64,000 nucleotides of DNA from the NCBI RefSeq assembly GCF_947568905.1, contig NC_079169.1:5952001-6016000 (forward strand), written 5' to 3'. The DNA comes from Ostrea edulis (Eukaryota). Below are positions 61,247 through 64,000 of this stretch, in pieces; the stretch's first letter is position 1, and the number at the start of each line of letters is the position of its first letter. Under the pieces are notes generated by a model. The model did not search any database and was not told where the DNA came from. It saw only the letters and a program-made list of their open reading frames with translations. Made by a program: the position numbers and the translations under genes.

Positions 61247-61715
61247 TTAATGGCTATCAATGACTTATGATACATACACATTTTGATAGCTTAGATAGTC
61301 AGTTAAATAATAATAAAAAATGTCAAAATTTGGAAAAGGTAAAACAAATGTTACACCTTTATAAAATACAGGATTTAGGATACAAAAGTACCAACAGAGG
61401 ATACAAAATTTAGTTCCATTATTCATTACATTTGATGGAAATATTTGTCTGTGAAACCCCTTCATTATAGAAATGTTATGTCTTATAAAATCTCTATACC
61501 CCCTAGTATATGTTACACATTGCAAACTGCTAGTGATTTAAACGTGTAATGTCATTAATGTTCAAATTCTTCATTTTGTTTATATATTTACTATTTATTG
61601 TCCGCAAATGTAGCGCGAATTCCTGAGCGAGAATACATTAGTCTCTAACAGTCTCTTAAACTGGTTGACCTGCGAGCTCGACTCTTTTATTTTATCTTTA
61701 CTTTTTTATTTACAG

Positions 61716-61815
61716 GGTGGATGAAGATATAAAACTTGACAACATGTCCAAAACGCGATGGCAGGTGGCGAAACACTCCATTGTTAACGCCAGATTAAAA
61801 CAAATAACTCTATAA
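61716..61815 (+). CDS. Candidate terminal exon C (VDEDIKLDNMSKTRWQVAKHSIVNARLKQITL*)
   Basis: Very strong polypyrimidine acceptor ending tttacag at 61715; only the phase-2 join with exon B stays open (33 codons); AATAAA at 61882-61887. Confidence 0.4.
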
Positions 61816-61902
61816 CGCCTGTAAATATTAATATCACCAAGAATTAAAATTTGAAAATGTCCATTTAAGGACACTGGATGCAATAAAATAAAAAATAAAT
61901 AT

Positions 61903-62156
61903 GGATGCATGTTTAACATCCCTCTCGAGAATCTTTCACTCATATGGAGACGCCACCACTGCCGGTGAAGGGCTGCAAAACGGCCTATGCTTGGCGCTTA
62001 TGGCCATTGAGCAGGGAGGAATTTTTATTGTGCCACACCTGCTGTGACACGGGACCTCGGTTTTTGCAGTCTCATCCGAAGGACCGCCCCATTTAGTCGC
62101 CTCTTACGACAAGCAAGGGGGTACTAAGGACCTATTCTAACCCTGATCCCCACAGG
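61903..62156 (-). mobile_element. SINE family S1, full length, best-preserved head
   Basis: + strand ends atttagtcgcctcttacgacaagcaagggggtactaaggacctattctaaccctgatccccacagg. Confidence 0.92.
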
Positions 62157-64000
62157 ATAGTTTGGTAGTAATAAGTATACAAATATAAGATTTTTTAAAA
62201 AAACACCACCAACAACAACAACAAAAACAACAAACAAACAAAAAAAACCAACGAAAAAAGATAAACGACTTGTAAATTTTTTATGATGGTCAAAAGTTGA
62301 AATATTTTACCCCTCCCTATAGGACGTTATACAAATGTTCTTGTTTTGGACTTAATTGAAATAAATCGCATGCTACACAGTAAAATGTATTCAATTTACT
62401 CATAGGAATATACATCATTTGTCGAAAAAACTCTGTAGCAAGTGTCTTAAAAAAGATTTTAAATGTTTCTATAACAGTCTCTTATTTCCTGTCAGAAAAA
62501 CGGGGTACATCTGTTAAAATGGCTCATGGGCAAAGCAAAAATATCAGAATAATTTAATAACAGTTTATGATGTCCGTATAGGCACATGATTTACATAACG
62601 TAAGGAAATTTTTAAAATAAAGCACAATTTCTGATATTTCCTTACTCTCATTGTGAACATTTCAGCATAACAACCTTAAATTAGTCTCTACAGAATAAAT
62701 TTTACAATCATCATATAAAGTTCTAGATTGAAGTGCGTCTTGCTTTCTAACAGAAATTCGTGATACGCGAGACGGCTTCTTTAGCCCCGCCCCCTTGTAT
62801 GTTCAGAGAAACGGTGATGCAGCATGATCACATCCATTTACATCTCCAGTGATTTTGCCTTTGATATTTCTGCAAATTGTACGTCGCAGCAGTTGTAAAC
62901 AATGCGCGTATGAATACAGAACTACACACTCTGAACCTTTTACACGTAGATACAGCTATACTACTATATCTATTTCAACGGTTGGGAAATTCCAACAGAA
63001 ACGAAAGTAGAATGAATTTTCAAAATTGAAATGAAATTCTTTATTTCTTAAATATACACTGAACCTTTACACTGTAATGTTGAAATGCAATCATAGAAAA
63101 CTTTCAAATGTACTGAAACACAGAATTTTGTACTGATATTACTACAACTCTTTCTGAGTTTAAATTTAATCGCAGAATCTAAATTATAGAGTAAGAGAGC
63201 ATGATACTTCATGCTGCAAAGTGGAACTAGAATTCAAATTTAATTAGAAATAGTTTCTTGTCCTCTTATTCTTGTCGATTTAAGAACCTGCTACCCATAA
63301 GATCTGGGAGTCAAAACTATACCATACTGATTCAGAAATCCAGCCACAAGTATCATGAATATGCTTTGTTAGTGATAGAGCCTATCGACCTCCTATGTGT
63401 TCCTCCGTGCAAACGCTTTTGCTAATTTGGCTATTTCTGCAACTTTTGAACCGTCATTTTCCTTTTTTACTATCACCATACTATCGTATTCACCTCTGCT
63501 AGATGTCTTTGTAAGAATTGGCCGTTTATATTTTCAGCTTTATATATGTCTGCCTCACACCCATAGAAAATAAGATCATCAGAGTTGAATGTCATTTATT
63601 TTCCATGTAAGATTATTGCAAATGTGCAGAAGAAAATAAATGACATAGAAAAAATACACAATAGAAATAACACCTCCATGTTTAAAACAATGATAGATAG
63701 AAAACACACGGTATAGTATATGAAGGTGTAAAACAATGTTATATAACATAACCAGAAAAACATACTAAAGAGCATATAACGCAAATATACCCATGTCAAA
63801 ATACACAGGTTTAGCTACCTACAGTTCTATGGCAAAAATGTAACTGGACATCCTCAAAAAGAAAAATTGCAATACAGTACATCATCAAACTGGTGTGACT
63901 AGCATATCATACCGTAAGACTAGAAATAGATGAGTACTGTTACATAAAGCTGTATCACCGTCAGTAGCCGTGGTAAATACGTATTTTCAGCTTTGTTGTA

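Noticed and set aside
62085-62156. HDV-like ribozyme fold for the S1 SINE head
   Set aside because: Although CUAA follows a hairpin, there is no room for P3/L3 between the P2 and P1' candidates and no GG for P1.1.
63340-63560. Protein-like minus-strand reading (KRPILTKTSSRGEYDSMV...)
   Set aside because: Bounded by an in-frame TGA with no usable acceptor; no homology recognised.

Overview
AT-rich, repeat-dense eukaryotic genomic DNA. It is most likely from a bivalve, probably an oyster: this is inferred from recognisable SINE, Helentron-associated HINE/Cg170-like, Kolobok-like and Penelope-like repeats, not from a database search. One well-supported protein-coding gene is present (+ strand, 4 coding exons, 12511-19461, 1001 aa by my splice model). 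It encodes a secreted protein with a signal peptide, LRRNT, about 22 typical 24-aa LRRs, LRRCT and a strongly cationic trypsin-fold domain lacking all three catalytic residues. A second, much less certain micro-gene may be built from exon-like segments at 53.6, 56.2 and 61.7 kb and contains a somatostatin-like cysteine ring. The rest is mobile DNA and tandem arrays: nine 3' fragments of a Naiad-type Penelope-like retroelement (one with an in-frame TGA and a SECIS-like 3' hairpin), two SINE families sharing a body and tail, nested MITE/HINE insertions, at least nine minisatellite arrays (two traceable to TE sub-sequences), and a cluster of inverted minimal hammerhead ribozyme motifs at 46.26-46.61 kb. 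Most ORFs in the supplied track are spurious. All coordinates were read by eye; repeat boundaries are approximate.
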